A stretch of 64,000 nucleotides of DNA, taken from positions 35,990 through 99,989 of the forward strand of contig DASURP010000062.1 of assembly GCA_036279975.1 (NCBI GenBank), written 5' to 3'. This document shows positions 46,381 to 57,171 of this stretch, in pieces (within the stretch, counting starts at the first letter, position 1; each line of letters begins with the position of its first letter). The DNA comes from Rhodanobacteraceae bacterium. GTDB taxonomy: Bacteria; Pseudomonadota; Gammaproteobacteria; Xanthomonadales; Rhodanobacteraceae. The notes below the pieces were generated by a model, which saw only the letters and a list, made by a program, of their open reading frames with translations, was not told where the DNA came from and did no database searches. Made by a program: the position numbers and the translations under genes.

Positions 46381-47387
46381 ACGCGATCGCGAAATCCCCC
46401 TTCGCCTGGCTGCTCAGGCGCGAGTACTGGGAAGAGCGGCGGGGCTTCCTGTGGGCACAGGTCACCGCGACCGCGGTGATCCTGGGCATCAGCATCCTTG
46501 GCATCATCGCCGCGGAAGTATTCCGCGCGCGCATGGGCGTGCACGTATCCGGGCCCTGGGGCGGAGCCAACCTGAACGAGATGCTGCGCAGCGCCTCGGC
46601 CCACGACATCACCCAACTGGTGAACGGCCTGGACATGACGCTGCTGATGTTCGGCGGCATCGCCTCGGTGGTGCTGTTCTTCGTGGTGTTTTTCTACCTG
46701 TTGGGGGCGCTGTACGACGACCGGCGCGACCGCAGCATCATGTTCTGGAAGTCGCTGCCAGTGTCGGACACGGCCACCGTGGTCTCCAAGGTCATTGCGG
46801 CGGTAATCATCGCGCCGCTCATCGCCACCGTGGTGGCATTGGCCGGATACATCTGCATGCAGGTCGTCGTCAGCCTGTGGTTCCTCGCCCACGGCGTCAA
46901 CCCTTTGGGATTGCTGTGGGCACACGTCGAGCCGTTCGCGCTGTGGCTGCGCCTGCTGGCCATGATTCCGGTGAATGCGGTATGGGCACTGCCCACCGTC
47001 GGCTGGTTGCTGTTCTGGTCCGCCGCGGCGCGCAGCAAGCCGTTCCTGTGGGCGGTGGTGATTCCCGTCATCGCGGGCGTACTGAACTTCTGGATTGGCC
47101 TGCTGGGCCTGCCGCACATCGATGCCAAGGTCTTCTGGGGTGACCTGGTTGCGCGCCTGCTGCTCGGCGTGGCCCCGGCGGGATGGGTCAGCTCCAACCC
47201 TGCGATTCCGATGGTGCGAATCAGCCCCAACGACGTGAGCCTTGGCAGCGGCGACCAACTGAGCGCCATCAGCTACTCCGCCATGGCGCACGCCTTCACC
47301 CTGCCCACGATGTGGATCGGCGCGATCGTCGGCATCGTGCTGATCGCCGCCGCCATCTGGTTCCGCCGCTGGCGCGACGAAGCCTGA
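46377..47387 (+). CDS. ABC-2-type multi-TM permease
   Basis: Last 336 aa of track ORF 45753..47387, with an ATGA overlap with the ATPase gene. Six or more hydrophobic segments. Confidence 0.7.
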   Translation: MNAIAKSPFAWLLRREYWEERRGFLWAQVTATAVILGISILGIIAAEVFRARMGVHVSGPWGGANLNEMLRSASAHDITQLVNGLDMTLLMFGGIASVVLFFVVFFYLLGALYDDRRDRSIMFWKSLPVSDTATVVSKVIAAVIIAPLIATVVALAGYICMQVVVSLWFLAHGVNPLGLLWAHVEPFALWLRLLAMIPVNAVWALPTVGWLLFWSAAARSKPFLWAVVIPVIAGVLNFWIGLLGLPHIDAKVFWGDLVARLLLGVAPAGWVSSNPAIPMVRISPNDVSLGSGDQLSAISYSAMAHAFTLPTMWIGAIVGIVLIAAAIWFRRWRDEA

Positions 47388-47411
47388 ACCGCCCTTTGCA
47401 AGGAGAAACCC

Positions 47412-48026
47412 ATGAACAGGATCCTGACACTCGCAGGCGCGGCCCTCGTCACCATTACGCTGGCCGCCTGTTCACCCGGCATCAACAGCATCGGCCACCG
47501 CATCACCTTCGACTCGAGTGGCCTGGTGGTGCACGCAACGGGCCAGCCGAACGCGCACGTCAGCCGCAATGGCGACCTAACGATCGACGGCAAGGCGATC
47601 GCCGTGACGGCCGAGCAACGCCAATTGCTGCAACGTTATTACCGGGAAGCCAGCAGCACCATGGATTCCGGCGAAGCAATCGGGAAGCAAGGGGCAAGGA
47701 TGGCAGTGCGCGGAATCGGCGCGGCAATCGCATCGATTTTCCATGGCGACTCGACCGGCGCCGACAAGCGGCTCGACGCCCAGTCGCAAAGCATGGAGGA
47801 CGCCGCCAGCGAATTGTGCAAGGACATCAACACGCTCGACGCCACCCAGCAGGCCATCGCGACACAGATCCCCGCCTTCGAGCCCTACGCATCCGGCAGG
47901 CAGATGCATTGCGTGATCTCCCGCAGCACCACCACGACCCACGCATCCACGGGCTCCGCGGCCGCATCCACCGCCATCCGTCTTTCCGCGGCGCCATCGG
48001 GCGGCGCCGCCCACCCTACGGCGTGA
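47412..48026 (+). CDS. Lipoprotein, tentatively YggN/DUF2884-like (paralog 1)
   Basis: 204 aa with lipobox TLAAC and AAGGAGAA upstream. NGDLTIDGKAIAVTAEQRQLLQRYY resembles the E. coli YggN pattern from memory. Colinear with the next gene. Confidence 0.55.
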   Translation: MNRILTLAGAALVTITLAACSPGINSIGHRITFDSSGLVVHATGQPNAHVSRNGDLTIDGKAIAVTAEQRQLLQRYYREASSTMDSGEAIGKQGARMAVRGIGAAIASIFHGDSTGADKRLDAQSQSMEDAASELCKDINTLDATQQAIATQIPAFEPYASGRQMHCVISRSTTTTHASTGSAAASTAIRLSAAPSGGAAHPTA

Positions 48027-48080
48027 TCGCCCCCCCACGCGCGGGGTCTCCGTCCACCACGAGTACAAGGGCAACCACCC

Positions 48081-48710
48081 ATGAGCACCCATCGCTTCCT
48101 GCCGTGCGTCCTCGCCGCCGGATCGTTTCTTGCGCTCGGCGCCTGCAACGCCGGATCGCCGAATCCGCCGGCGGCCACGGGCGCCTCGGCCTCGTCGTCG
48201 CCATCGTTGATCGGCGCCGCCATCGATCGCGCGATGGACAAGGCCGCAACGGAACTCGCCAGCAAGAACATCACCATTTCCAACCACGACTACGAGCCCA
48301 AGGCCGAAATCACGCCACAGGGCGATTTCCTGATCGCGGACAAGCCAGTACCGCTGACCCCCGTGCAGCGCAACAAAATGCTGGCGTATCGCGGCCAGCT
48401 GGTCGACATCGCCCGCGCAGGCATCGCCATCGGCAGGCAGGGCGCAGCGCTTGGCGTGAACGCGGCCAGCGAAGCCATTGCCGGCGCCTTTTCGGGCGAA
48501 TCCGAACAGCAGATCCGCGCGCGGGTCGAGGCGAAGGCCTCCGGCATCCGCGCGGCCGCCGCGAAAATCTGCGACCGCCTGCCGGCGCTGATGACGAGCC
48601 AGCAGAAACTTGCCGCCGATGTCCCCGCGTTCAAACCCTATGCGGACCTGACGCCAGAGAAGATCGACGAGTGCCGCAGGGACGCGTTGCACGACGACGA
48701 CAACGATTGA
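48081..48710 (+). CDS. Lipoprotein, tentatively YggN/DUF2884-like (paralog 2)
   Basis: 209 aa with lipobox ALGAC. Shares GDxxIxxKxxxxTxxQRxxxxxY, a central Gly/Ala helix and C-terminal xxCxxxxxLxxxQQxxAxxxPAFxPYA with paralog 1. Confidence 0.55.
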   Translation: MSTHRFLPCVLAAGSFLALGACNAGSPNPPAATGASASSSPSLIGAAIDRAMDKAATELASKNITISNHDYEPKAEITPQGDFLIADKPVPLTPVQRNKMLAYRGQLVDIARAGIAIGRQGAALGVNAASEAIAGAFSGESEQQIRARVEAKASGIRAAAAKICDRLPALMTSQQKLAADVPAFKPYADLTPEKIDECRRDALHDDDND

Positions 48711-48740
48711 TCGCCACGGCCCGGGGGTTGGAGCAGCAAG

Positions 48741-48771
48741 GGCAGGCGCTACGCACCGGCCGGCGCCTGCC
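48741..48771. terminator. Hairpin between convergent lipoprotein gene and fumC
   Basis: GGCAGGCGC-N13-GCGCCTGCC, a 9-bp GC stem. No clear U-run. Confidence 0.3.
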
Positions 48772-48827
48772 AATCTGTGCACGCGCCTTGTGTGCGATGA
48801 AAGTACCAGTCGTCTACAGGCAGGCTC

Positions 48828-50213
48828 TTACTTGCCGTGGATGCCGCCCCTGGTGAGAGCCACCGGATCGAGCAGCTTCTTCAGTTCCGCCTTCGACAAT
48901 CCCGTCGTCTCGAGCGCCACGTCCAGGATCGGACGCTTCTGCTTGTAGGCCTGCTTGGCAGTCGCGGCGCCCTTCTCGTAGCCGATCACCGGGTTGAGCG
49001 CGGTCACCAGGATCGGATTGAGCGCCAACGCTGCATCGACCCGCTGCTTGTTGACCTTGAAGCCGGCAATCGCCTTGTCGGCCAGCAGGACCGAGGCATT
49101 CGCGAGGATCGTGATCGACTGCAGCAGGTTGTACGCGATCACCGGCAGCATCACGTTCAACTGGAAGTTGCCGGCCTGGCCGCCAATGGTGATTGTGGCG
49201 TCGTTGCCGATCACCTGCGCGCACACCATGGTCATCGCCTCCGGGATCACCGGGTTGACCTTGCCAGGCATGATCGACGAACCCGGTTGCAACGCGACCA
49301 GCTCGATTTCGCCCAGGCCCGCCAGCGGTCCGGAATTCATCCAGCGCAGGTCGTTGCTGATCTTCATCAGCGAGCACGCCAGGGCCTTCAACTGACCGGA
49401 CAACTCCACCGCGGCATCCATCGAGGCCATGCCCTCGAAGAAATTGTCCATCGAAGAAAACCTTGTGCCCGTCGCCTTCGACAATTCCGTACAGAAAGCC
49501 TTGGCGAACTTCGGATCGGCGTTGATGCCGGTGCCGACCGCGGTGCCGCCCTGCGGCAGGCGGCGCATGCGCTTGAGCGCATCCTCGATGCGGGCAATAC
49601 CGGATCCGATCTGCGCGGACCAACCCGACAGTTCCTGGCCGAAGGTCACCGGCATCGCATCCATCAGGTGGGTGCGGCCGGTCTTGGCGACGTTCTTCAG
49701 TTCGCGTGCGCGCCTGTCGATGGCCTTTCGCAGGTGCTGCAACGCCGGCAGGAGTTGGTCGTGCGTGGCCAGGGCGGCACTGACGTGGATCGCCGTCGGG
49801 ATCACGTCGTTGGAACTCTGCCCGTAATTGACGTGGTCGTTGGGATGGATCTTCGCCTTGCCGGCCTGCGAGGCGACGTGCGCGATCACCTCGTTGGCAT
49901 TCATGTTGCTGGAGGTGCCCGATCCGGTCTGGAAGATGTCGATCGGGAATTGCGCGTCGAACTCGCCCGCGGCCACGCGCTGCGCGGCCTTGCGGATTGC
50001 CGCAGCCTGCATCGCCTTCAGGTGACCTAGCTTCAGGTTGGCATCCGCCGCCGCGGTCTTGATGAGCCCGAGGGCGCGGATGAACCCGCGCGGCAGGGTC
50101 AGCCCGGAGATCGGGAAATTGTCCACGGCGCGCTGGGTCTGGGCGCCCCACAGCGCGTCGGCAGGCACCTTCAACTCGCCCATGCTGTCATGCTCGGTGC
50201 GAAAGGTTGGCAT
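48828..50213 (-). CDS. fumC: Class II fumarate hydratase
   Basis: Start reset to MPTFRTEHDSMGELKVPADALWGAQTQRA (461 aa). GSSIMPGKVNP signature. Confidence 0.95.
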   Translation of the reverse strand: MPTFRTEHDSMGELKVPADALWGAQTQRAVDNFPISGLTLPRGFIRALGLIKTAAADANLKLGHLKAMQAAAIRKAAQRVAAGEFDAQFPIDIFQTGSGTSSNMNANEVIAHVASQAGKAKIHPNDHVNYGQSSNDVIPTAIHVSAALATHDQLLPALQHLRKAIDRRARELKNVAKTGRTHLMDAMPVTFGQELSGWSAQIGSGIARIEDALKRMRRLPQGGTAVGTGINADPKFAKAFCTELSKATGTRFSSMDNFFEGMASMDAAVELSGQLKALACSLMKISNDLRWMNSGPLAGLGEIELVALQPGSSIMPGKVNPVIPEAMTMVCAQVIGNDATITIGGQAGNFQLNVMLPVIAYNLLQSITILANASVLLADKAIAGFKVNKQRVDAALALNPILVTALNPVIGYEKGAATAKQAYKQKRPILDVALETTGLSKAELKKLLDPVALTRGGIHGK

Positions 50214-50250
50214 TGCTTGGTTCCAGGAGTTCAGCAACGTGCAATTATAA

Positions 50251-51798
<1,548 letters not shown>

Positions 51799-51799
51799 C

Positions 51800-52987
51800 G
51801 TGGCGACGCCGCCGATCGAGGTGCGCGCACGCAAGGAGCTGCCGCTCGGCATGCCGCCCGCGCGCTTCCTGCACGACTACTGGCAGAAGCGACCGTTGCT
51901 GGTCCGCCACGCGTTTCCGGATTTCGCGCCGCCGCTGTCGCCGGACGACCTGGCGGGATTGGCCTGCATGGACGGCGCACTCGCAAGGATCGTGTTGCAC
52001 GATGCGAAGCGCGATCGCTGGACGCTGCGCAACGGCCCCTTCGACGACGCGACTTTCGCCAGGCTCCCGGAATCGCGCTGGACCCTGCTGGTCCAGGACG
52101 TGGACAAGTGGGATGCCGACACGGCCGGCCTTCTCGGACCTTTCGCCTTCATCCCGAGCTGGCGCATCGACGACGTGATGGTGAGCCATGCCGCCGATGG
52201 CGGCGGCGTCGGCGCGCACGCCGACCAGTACGACGTGTTCCTGCTGCAGGGCCGCGGCCAACGCCGCTGGTCGATCGACACGCGCCCGGATCCGCCGGCC
52301 GCGTTCCGCGACGACGTGGAATTGAAACTGTTGCGCGAATTCCATCCGACCCACACCTGGACGCTCAGCCCGGGCGACATGCTGTACCTGCCGCCCGGCG
52401 TGCCACACGACGGTGTCGCGGTCGGCGAATGCATGACGTTTTCCGTCGGCATGCGTGCGCCGGCCGCGGGTGAACTGCTGTTCGACCTTGCCGCGCACGT
52501 CGCGGAGTCCCTGCCCGAATCGCGGCGCTACGCCGATCCCGACCTGCGTCCCGCGGGCGCCGGCGGCGAAATCGACGACGCCGCGTTGCGCCGCGCGCGC
52601 CGCGCACTCGGCGCGCTTGCCGAGACGCTCGACGGGGATGCCTTCGCCGACTGGTTCGGCTGCTTCATCACCCGCTATCGCGCCGCGCAGGTCCCGGCGC
52701 CACGCAAGCGCCCGATCGATCGCGCCGCGCTTGCCCGGCGCTTGCCGCACGCCATGCTCGAGCGCGACCCGTGGAGCCGTTTCGCCTGGCATGGGCGCGG
52801 ACGCAGCGCACGCCTGTACGTCTGCGGCGACGCCTACGCTGCTCCGCCGGCCTGGGCACGGGAGCTGGCCGGGCCCGGCCGCGCACTCGATGGAGCGCGG
52901 CTCGCGCGCCTTCCGCAACATGTGCGTGGCATCGGCCTGCTGGCCGCTCTCGTCGATTCCGGGCATTTCGTGTTGCGGCGACGTTGA
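51800..52987 (+). CDS. JmjC/cupin ribosomal oxygenase (RoxA/YcfD-like)
   Basis: FLHDYWQKRPLLVRHAFPDFAPPLSPDDLAGLA aligns from memory with the E. coli YcfD N-terminus. HADQYD...H iron site context. GTG start is tentative; the track ORF begins at 51770 inside purB. Confidence 0.75.
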   Translation: MATPPIEVRARKELPLGMPPARFLHDYWQKRPLLVRHAFPDFAPPLSPDDLAGLACMDGALARIVLHDAKRDRWTLRNGPFDDATFARLPESRWTLLVQDVDKWDADTAGLLGPFAFIPSWRIDDVMVSHAADGGGVGAHADQYDVFLLQGRGQRRWSIDTRPDPPAAFRDDVELKLLREFHPTHTWTLSPGDMLYLPPGVPHDGVAVGECMTFSVGMRAPAAGELLFDLAAHVAESLPESRRYADPDLRPAGAGGEIDDAALRRARRALGALAETLDGDAFADWFGCFITRYRAAQVPAPRKRPIDRAALARRLPHAMLERDPWSRFAWHGRGRSARLYVCGDAYAAPPAWARELAGPGRALDGARLARLPQHVRGIGLLAALVDSGHFVLRRR

Positions 52988-53062
52988 AGTGCCCTACAAT
53001 CCGCTTTGTATACGTGCCGACGATACACACAAGGCAACCGGCCCGGAGGGGGGCCTGAACGC

Positions 53063-54028
53063 ATGCCGATCCAAGGCGGCTTCCACGTCGAACTCTGCGA
53101 TTGGGGGAACGCAGCCGATCGCGAGGCACTGACTACCGTTCGCGAGACCGTATTCGTGCTCGAACAGCACGTGCCGCCCGACATGGAAATCGACGACGAT
53201 GATCCGCTCAGCGCGCACGCGCTGGCGCGTGCCCCGGATGGCACGCCGATAGGCGCGGGGCGCCTCGCCCCCGGCGGCAGGATCGGAAGGATGGCGGTGC
53301 TGCGCGATTGGCGTTGTCGCGGCGTGGGCACGGTGCTTTTGCACGCCCTGGTCGACCAGGCCCGCGCACGCCGCCTGACCGAGGTTTCGCTACACGCGCA
53401 ACGCGAGGCCATGCCGTTTTACCTGCACCACGGCTTCAGCACCGAGGGCACCGAGTTCGAGGAGGCCGGCATCCCGCACGTGAGCATGCGTCGCGCGCTG
53501 GACGCCGTGGCCGAACCCGAACGCCCGCCGGAAGAGCTTCCACCGGAACCGCAGGCGCTGCGTTCGACCACGCGCGAAGAGCTGATCGGCGCCACCCTGA
53601 CCTTGCTGGCGGGCGCCAGACACAGCATGTGCGTGCTGGTGCGCGAACTGCATCCGCAATTGCTCAACGACACCGCCTGCCTCGTCGAGCTGCGGCGCCT
53701 GGCGATCTCCGGACGTGGCGCATCAATCCGGATCCTCGCGCAGGACCTCACGCAGGCGATGCAGGAGGGCACGCGCCTGCTGGAACTTGCGCAGCGCCTG
53801 TCCAGCGTGATCGAAATGCGCCGCCCGGTCGAGCCCGACGACCTCGCCTACCGCTCGGCCTTCATGTGCGTGGATTCCTGCGGCTACCTGTACCGGCCGC
53901 TGGAAAACGAGATGGCGGCCACGGGCTCGACCTATGCACCGGGGCGGCACGCCGAGCTGATGCGGCTGTTCGAGGAAGTCTGGGCGCGTTCCGAAGCCTG
54001 GCCTGAATTGCGCACGCTGGGTATCTGA
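53063..54028 (+). CDS. GNAT N-acetyltransferase with ~170-aa C-terminal extension
   Basis: Start reset to MPIQGGFHVE (321 aa). GNAT core RMAVLRDWRCRGVGTVLL..A. The C-terminal half is unrecognised. Confidence 0.75.
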   Translation: MPIQGGFHVELCDWGNAADREALTTVRETVFVLEQHVPPDMEIDDDDPLSAHALARAPDGTPIGAGRLAPGGRIGRMAVLRDWRCRGVGTVLLHALVDQARARRLTEVSLHAQREAMPFYLHHGFSTEGTEFEEAGIPHVSMRRALDAVAEPERPPEELPPEPQALRSTTREELIGATLTLLAGARHSMCVLVRELHPQLLNDTACLVELRRLAISGRGASIRILAQDLTQAMQEGTRLLELAQRLSSVIEMRRPVEPDDLAYRSAFMCVDSCGYLYRPLENEMAATGSTYAPGRHAELMRLFEEVWARSEAWPELRTLGI

Positions 54029-54136
54029 ATCGACGGCCGCCACGGGTCGCGCGGATACCGCATTGCAGCATTAAACCGTTATAATTCGAGGTCGGGTGCG
54101 GCCTGTGCGTGACGGCGCCCGCAGTCCATACCTTTC

Positions 54137-56980
54137 GTGGTGACCATCGTGAGTGACGGCGGCAGCTTGTTGCAGCAGTTGGCGGAAACCTCCCCGTTCG
54201 GCGGCGGCAACGCCGCATACCTCGACCAATTGTACGAGGACTGGCTACGCGATCCCGGATCCGTCGGACCGCAGTGGCGCACCTGGTTCCAGGGCCTGCA
54301 CGGCATGGGCGATGTTCCGCACGCCGACGCGATCGCGCGCATCGTCGCCGCGCAGGCACTCGGACGCCACGCAGCCCCGGCGGTCGACGATACCCATGCC
54401 CGCAAGCAGGCGGGCGTGCTGCGTTTCCTGACCGCCTACCGTTCGCGCGGCCACCTGGCCGCCGACCTCGATCCCCTCGCGATCGCCCCCAAGCGCCCCG
54501 CACCCGACCTGGACTTGCCCTTCCACGGCCTGTCGGATGCCGACCTCGACACCGAATTCGACTGCGGCACCTTCGCCGGCGGCGGCCAGCGCATGCGGCT
54601 GCGCGACTTGCGCGAACACCTGCGCCGCACCTACGTCGCCAGCATCGGCGCCGAATTCATGCACATCAGCGACCATACCCAACGGCGCTGGATCTACGAC
54701 CGCCTGGAAAAAGCCAGCGGCGACGCGGGGCTCGACAGCGACACCCGCAAGCGGGTGCTGGCCAAGCTGACCGCTGCCGACGGCCTGGAACGCTACCTGC
54801 ACACCAAGTACGTCGGCCAGAAGCGCTTCTCGTTGGAAGGTGGCGATTCGCTGATCCCCTTGCTGGACGACCTGATCCGCCGCGCCGCCGGCGACGGCGT
54901 GCACGAACTCGTGATCGGCATGGCGCATCGCGGGCGGCTCAACGTGCTGGTCAACATCCTCGGCAAGCCGCCGCAACAGTTGTTCGCGGAATTCGAGGGC
55001 AAGCACGACGGTCCCGATGACCCGGCACACTCCGGCGACGTGAAATACCACATGGGTTTCTCGGCGGACATCGCGGCACCCGCCGGCAGCATCCACGTCG
55101 CGCTGGCCTTCAATCCCTCGCACCTCGAGATCGTCAACCCGGTGGTCTCGGGCTCGGTGCGCGCGCGCCAGATCCGCGCCCACGACGGCGTGCGCGAGCA
55201 CGTGCTGCCGGTACTGATCCATGGCGACGCGGCGCTCTCCGGGCAAGGCGTCAACATGGAGCTGTTCAACATGTCGCAGACGCGCGGTTTCGGCGTGGGC
55301 GGCACCGTGCACATCGTAGTCAACAACCAGATCGGCTTCACCACCGACGCCGACGACGGCCGCAGCACGCTGTACTGCACCGACGTCGCCAAGATGGTCA
55401 ATGCACCGGTATTGCACGTGAACGGCGACGATCCCGAGGCCGTGCTGCAATGCATGCGGCTGGCGTTCGACTTCCGCCAGCAGTTCCACAAGGACGTCGT
55501 GGTCGACCTGGTCTGCTACCGCCGCCACGGCCACAACGAGGCCGACGAGCCGTCGGCCACGCAACCGGTCATGTACGACGTGATCAAGAAGTTGCCGCCC
55601 ACGCGGCAGCTCTATGCGGGGGTGCTCGCCAAGCGCGGCCTCATCGCCGATGGCGACGGGCAAAAACTGTTCGAGGACTACCGCGACAAGCTCGATGCCG
55701 GCGAGCTCGTCACCGAACTTTCGCCCCCGGGTTCGCAGAAGTTCATCGTGGACTGGACGCGCTTTGCCAAGGGCAACCTCGCGCAGGCGGTCACCACCGG
55801 CGTCGCGCGCAAGACCCTCGACGAACTGGCGGGCAAGATCCTGACCTGGCCGGCAAACGTGACGCTGCATCCACGGGTCGCCAAGATCTACACCGACCGC
55901 CGCAAGATGGCGGAAGGCGAACTTCCGCTGGACTGGGGCTATGCCGAGAACATGGCCTACGCATCGCTGGTCGCCGCAGGCAATGCCCTCAGGCTGGTCG
56001 GCCAGGACACTCCGCGCGGCACGTTCTTCCACCGCCACGCCGAACTGCACGACCAGAAGACCGGCGAGGTTTACACCCCGCTCGCGCACGTGCGCGAAGG
56101 CAGCTCGGTCGAGGTGATCGACTCGCTGCTGTCCGAATTGGCCGCGCTGGCGTTCGAGTACGGCTTCGCCACCGCCGACCCCGACACCCTGGTGGTCTGG
56201 GAAGCGCAGTTCGGGGATTTCGCCAACGGCGCGCAGGTGGTGATCGACCAGTTCATCTCCTCCGGCGAGGCCAAGTGGGGTCGCCGCTGCGGGTTGGTGC
56301 TGCTGCTGCCGCACGGCTACGAAGGCCAGGGCCCGGAGCATTCGTCCGCGCGCCTCGAGCGCTACCTGCAACTGTGCGCCATGGACAACATGCAGGTATG
56401 CGTGCCCACCACGCCCGCGCAGATGTTCCACATGCTGCGCCGGCAGATGTTGCGTGACTGCCGCAAGCCGCTGGTGGTGCTGACGCCGAAGTCGCTGTTG
56501 CGCCACAAGCTTGCGGTGTCATCGCTCGAAGACCTTGAGAAAGGCCGCTTCCACCTGGTGATTCCGGACACGCGCGGCAAGGACGACAAGCGGGTCAAGC
56601 GCGTGGTGCTCTGCTCGGGCAAGGTCTACTACGACCTGTTCGAGGCAGGCGAAAAGCAGCAGATCGACGACGTCGCGCTGGTCCGAGTCGAACAGTTGTA
56701 CCCGTTCCCGCGCGTCGAGGTGAACGCCGAACTCGACAAGTATCCGGCCGCGAAGGAAGTGGTCTGGTGCCAGGAAGAGCCGCAGAACCAGGGCGCGTGG
56801 TTCCAGATCCGCCACCACCTGCAGGCCTGCGTCGATGGCCACCATAGCCTGCATTACGCGGGCCGGGCGCGCTCGCCCGCGCCAGCCTGCGGCTACTTCA
56901 ACACCCACGTGGCCGAGCAGCACGCGCTGGTGCAGCAGGCGCTGGCCGAACCGGTCGGCGATGACCATTCGGTGGAATGA
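54137..56980 (+). CDS. sucA: 2-oxoglutarate dehydrogenase E1 component
   Basis: 947 aa: NAAYLDQLYEDWLRDP N-terminus and ThDP-binding regions. GTG start uncertain (54137, 54140 or 54149). Confidence 0.95.
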   Translation: MVTIVSDGGSLLQQLAETSPFGGGNAAYLDQLYEDWLRDPGSVGPQWRTWFQGLHGMGDVPHADAIARIVAAQALGRHAAPAVDDTHARKQAGVLRFLTAYRSRGHLAADLDPLAIAPKRPAPDLDLPFHGLSDADLDTEFDCGTFAGGGQRMRLRDLREHLRRTYVASIGAEFMHISDHTQRRWIYDRLEKASGDAGLDSDTRKRVLAKLTAADGLERYLHTKYVGQKRFSLEGGDSLIPLLDDLIRRAAGDGVHELVIGMAHRGRLNVLVNILGKPPQQLFAEFEGKHDGPDDPAHSGDVKYHMGFSADIAAPAGSIHVALAFNPSHLEIVNPVVSGSVRARQIRAHDGVREHVLPVLIHGDAALSGQGVNMELFNMSQTRGFGVGGTVHIVVNNQIGFTTDADDGRSTLYCTDVAKMVNAPVLHVNGDDPEAVLQCMRLAFDFRQQFHKDVVVDLVCYRRHGHNEADEPSATQPVMYDVIKKLPPTRQLYAGVLAKRGLIADGDGQKLFEDYRDKLDAGELVTELSPPGSQKFIVDWTRFAKGNLAQAVTTGVARKTLDELAGKILTWPANVTLHPRVAKIYTDRRKMAEGELPLDWGYAENMAYASLVAAGNALRLVGQDTPRGTFFHRHAELHDQKTGEVYTPLAHVREGSSVEVIDSLLSELAALAFEYGFATADPDTLVVWEAQFGDFANGAQVVIDQFISSGEAKWGRRCGLVLLLPHGYEGQGPEHSSARLERYLQLCAMDNMQVCVPTTPAQMFHMLRRQMLRDCRKPLVVLTPKSLLRHKLAVSSLEDLEKGRFHLVIPDTRGKDDKRVKRVVLCSGKVYYDLFEAGEKQQIDDVALVRVEQLYPFPRVEVNAELDKYPAAKEVVWCQEEPQNQGAWFQIRHHLQACVDGHHSLHYAGRARSPAPACGYFNTHVAEQHALVQQALAEPVGDDHSVE

Positions 56981-57017
56981 AAATCCGCTACGCTCCTTTT
57001 GATTAGTCAACCAAACA

Positions 57018-57157
57018 GAGCGGTTTGCAAAGCGTAGCGAGCGAAGGCAGATGGCGCCTCGGCGGCGCACAGGAACCGGAGTGTACACGTCAGTACATGA
57101 GGATCCCGGGCACCGCCGGCGCACGAGCTGCCGAGCGCAGTGGCTTTGCAACCGCTC
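57018..57157. repeat. Inverted-repeat-bounded ~140-nt element in the sucA-sucB spacer
   Basis: GAGCGGTTTGCAA (57018-30) against TTGCAACCGCTC (57146-57), a 12/13 reverse-complement match. An additional CGCTACGCT / AGCGTAGCG pair lies at 56986-94 / 57031-39. Confidence 0.35.
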
Positions 57158-57171
57158 GACAAGGACAAGCC

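Noticed and set aside
54080-54085. Perfect TATAAT upstream of sucA as a promoter -10
   Set aside because: No acceptable -35 at 16-18 nt (ACCGCA or CCGCAT) and no extended TG. It is plausible but unsupported without TSS data, so it is not listed as a feature.
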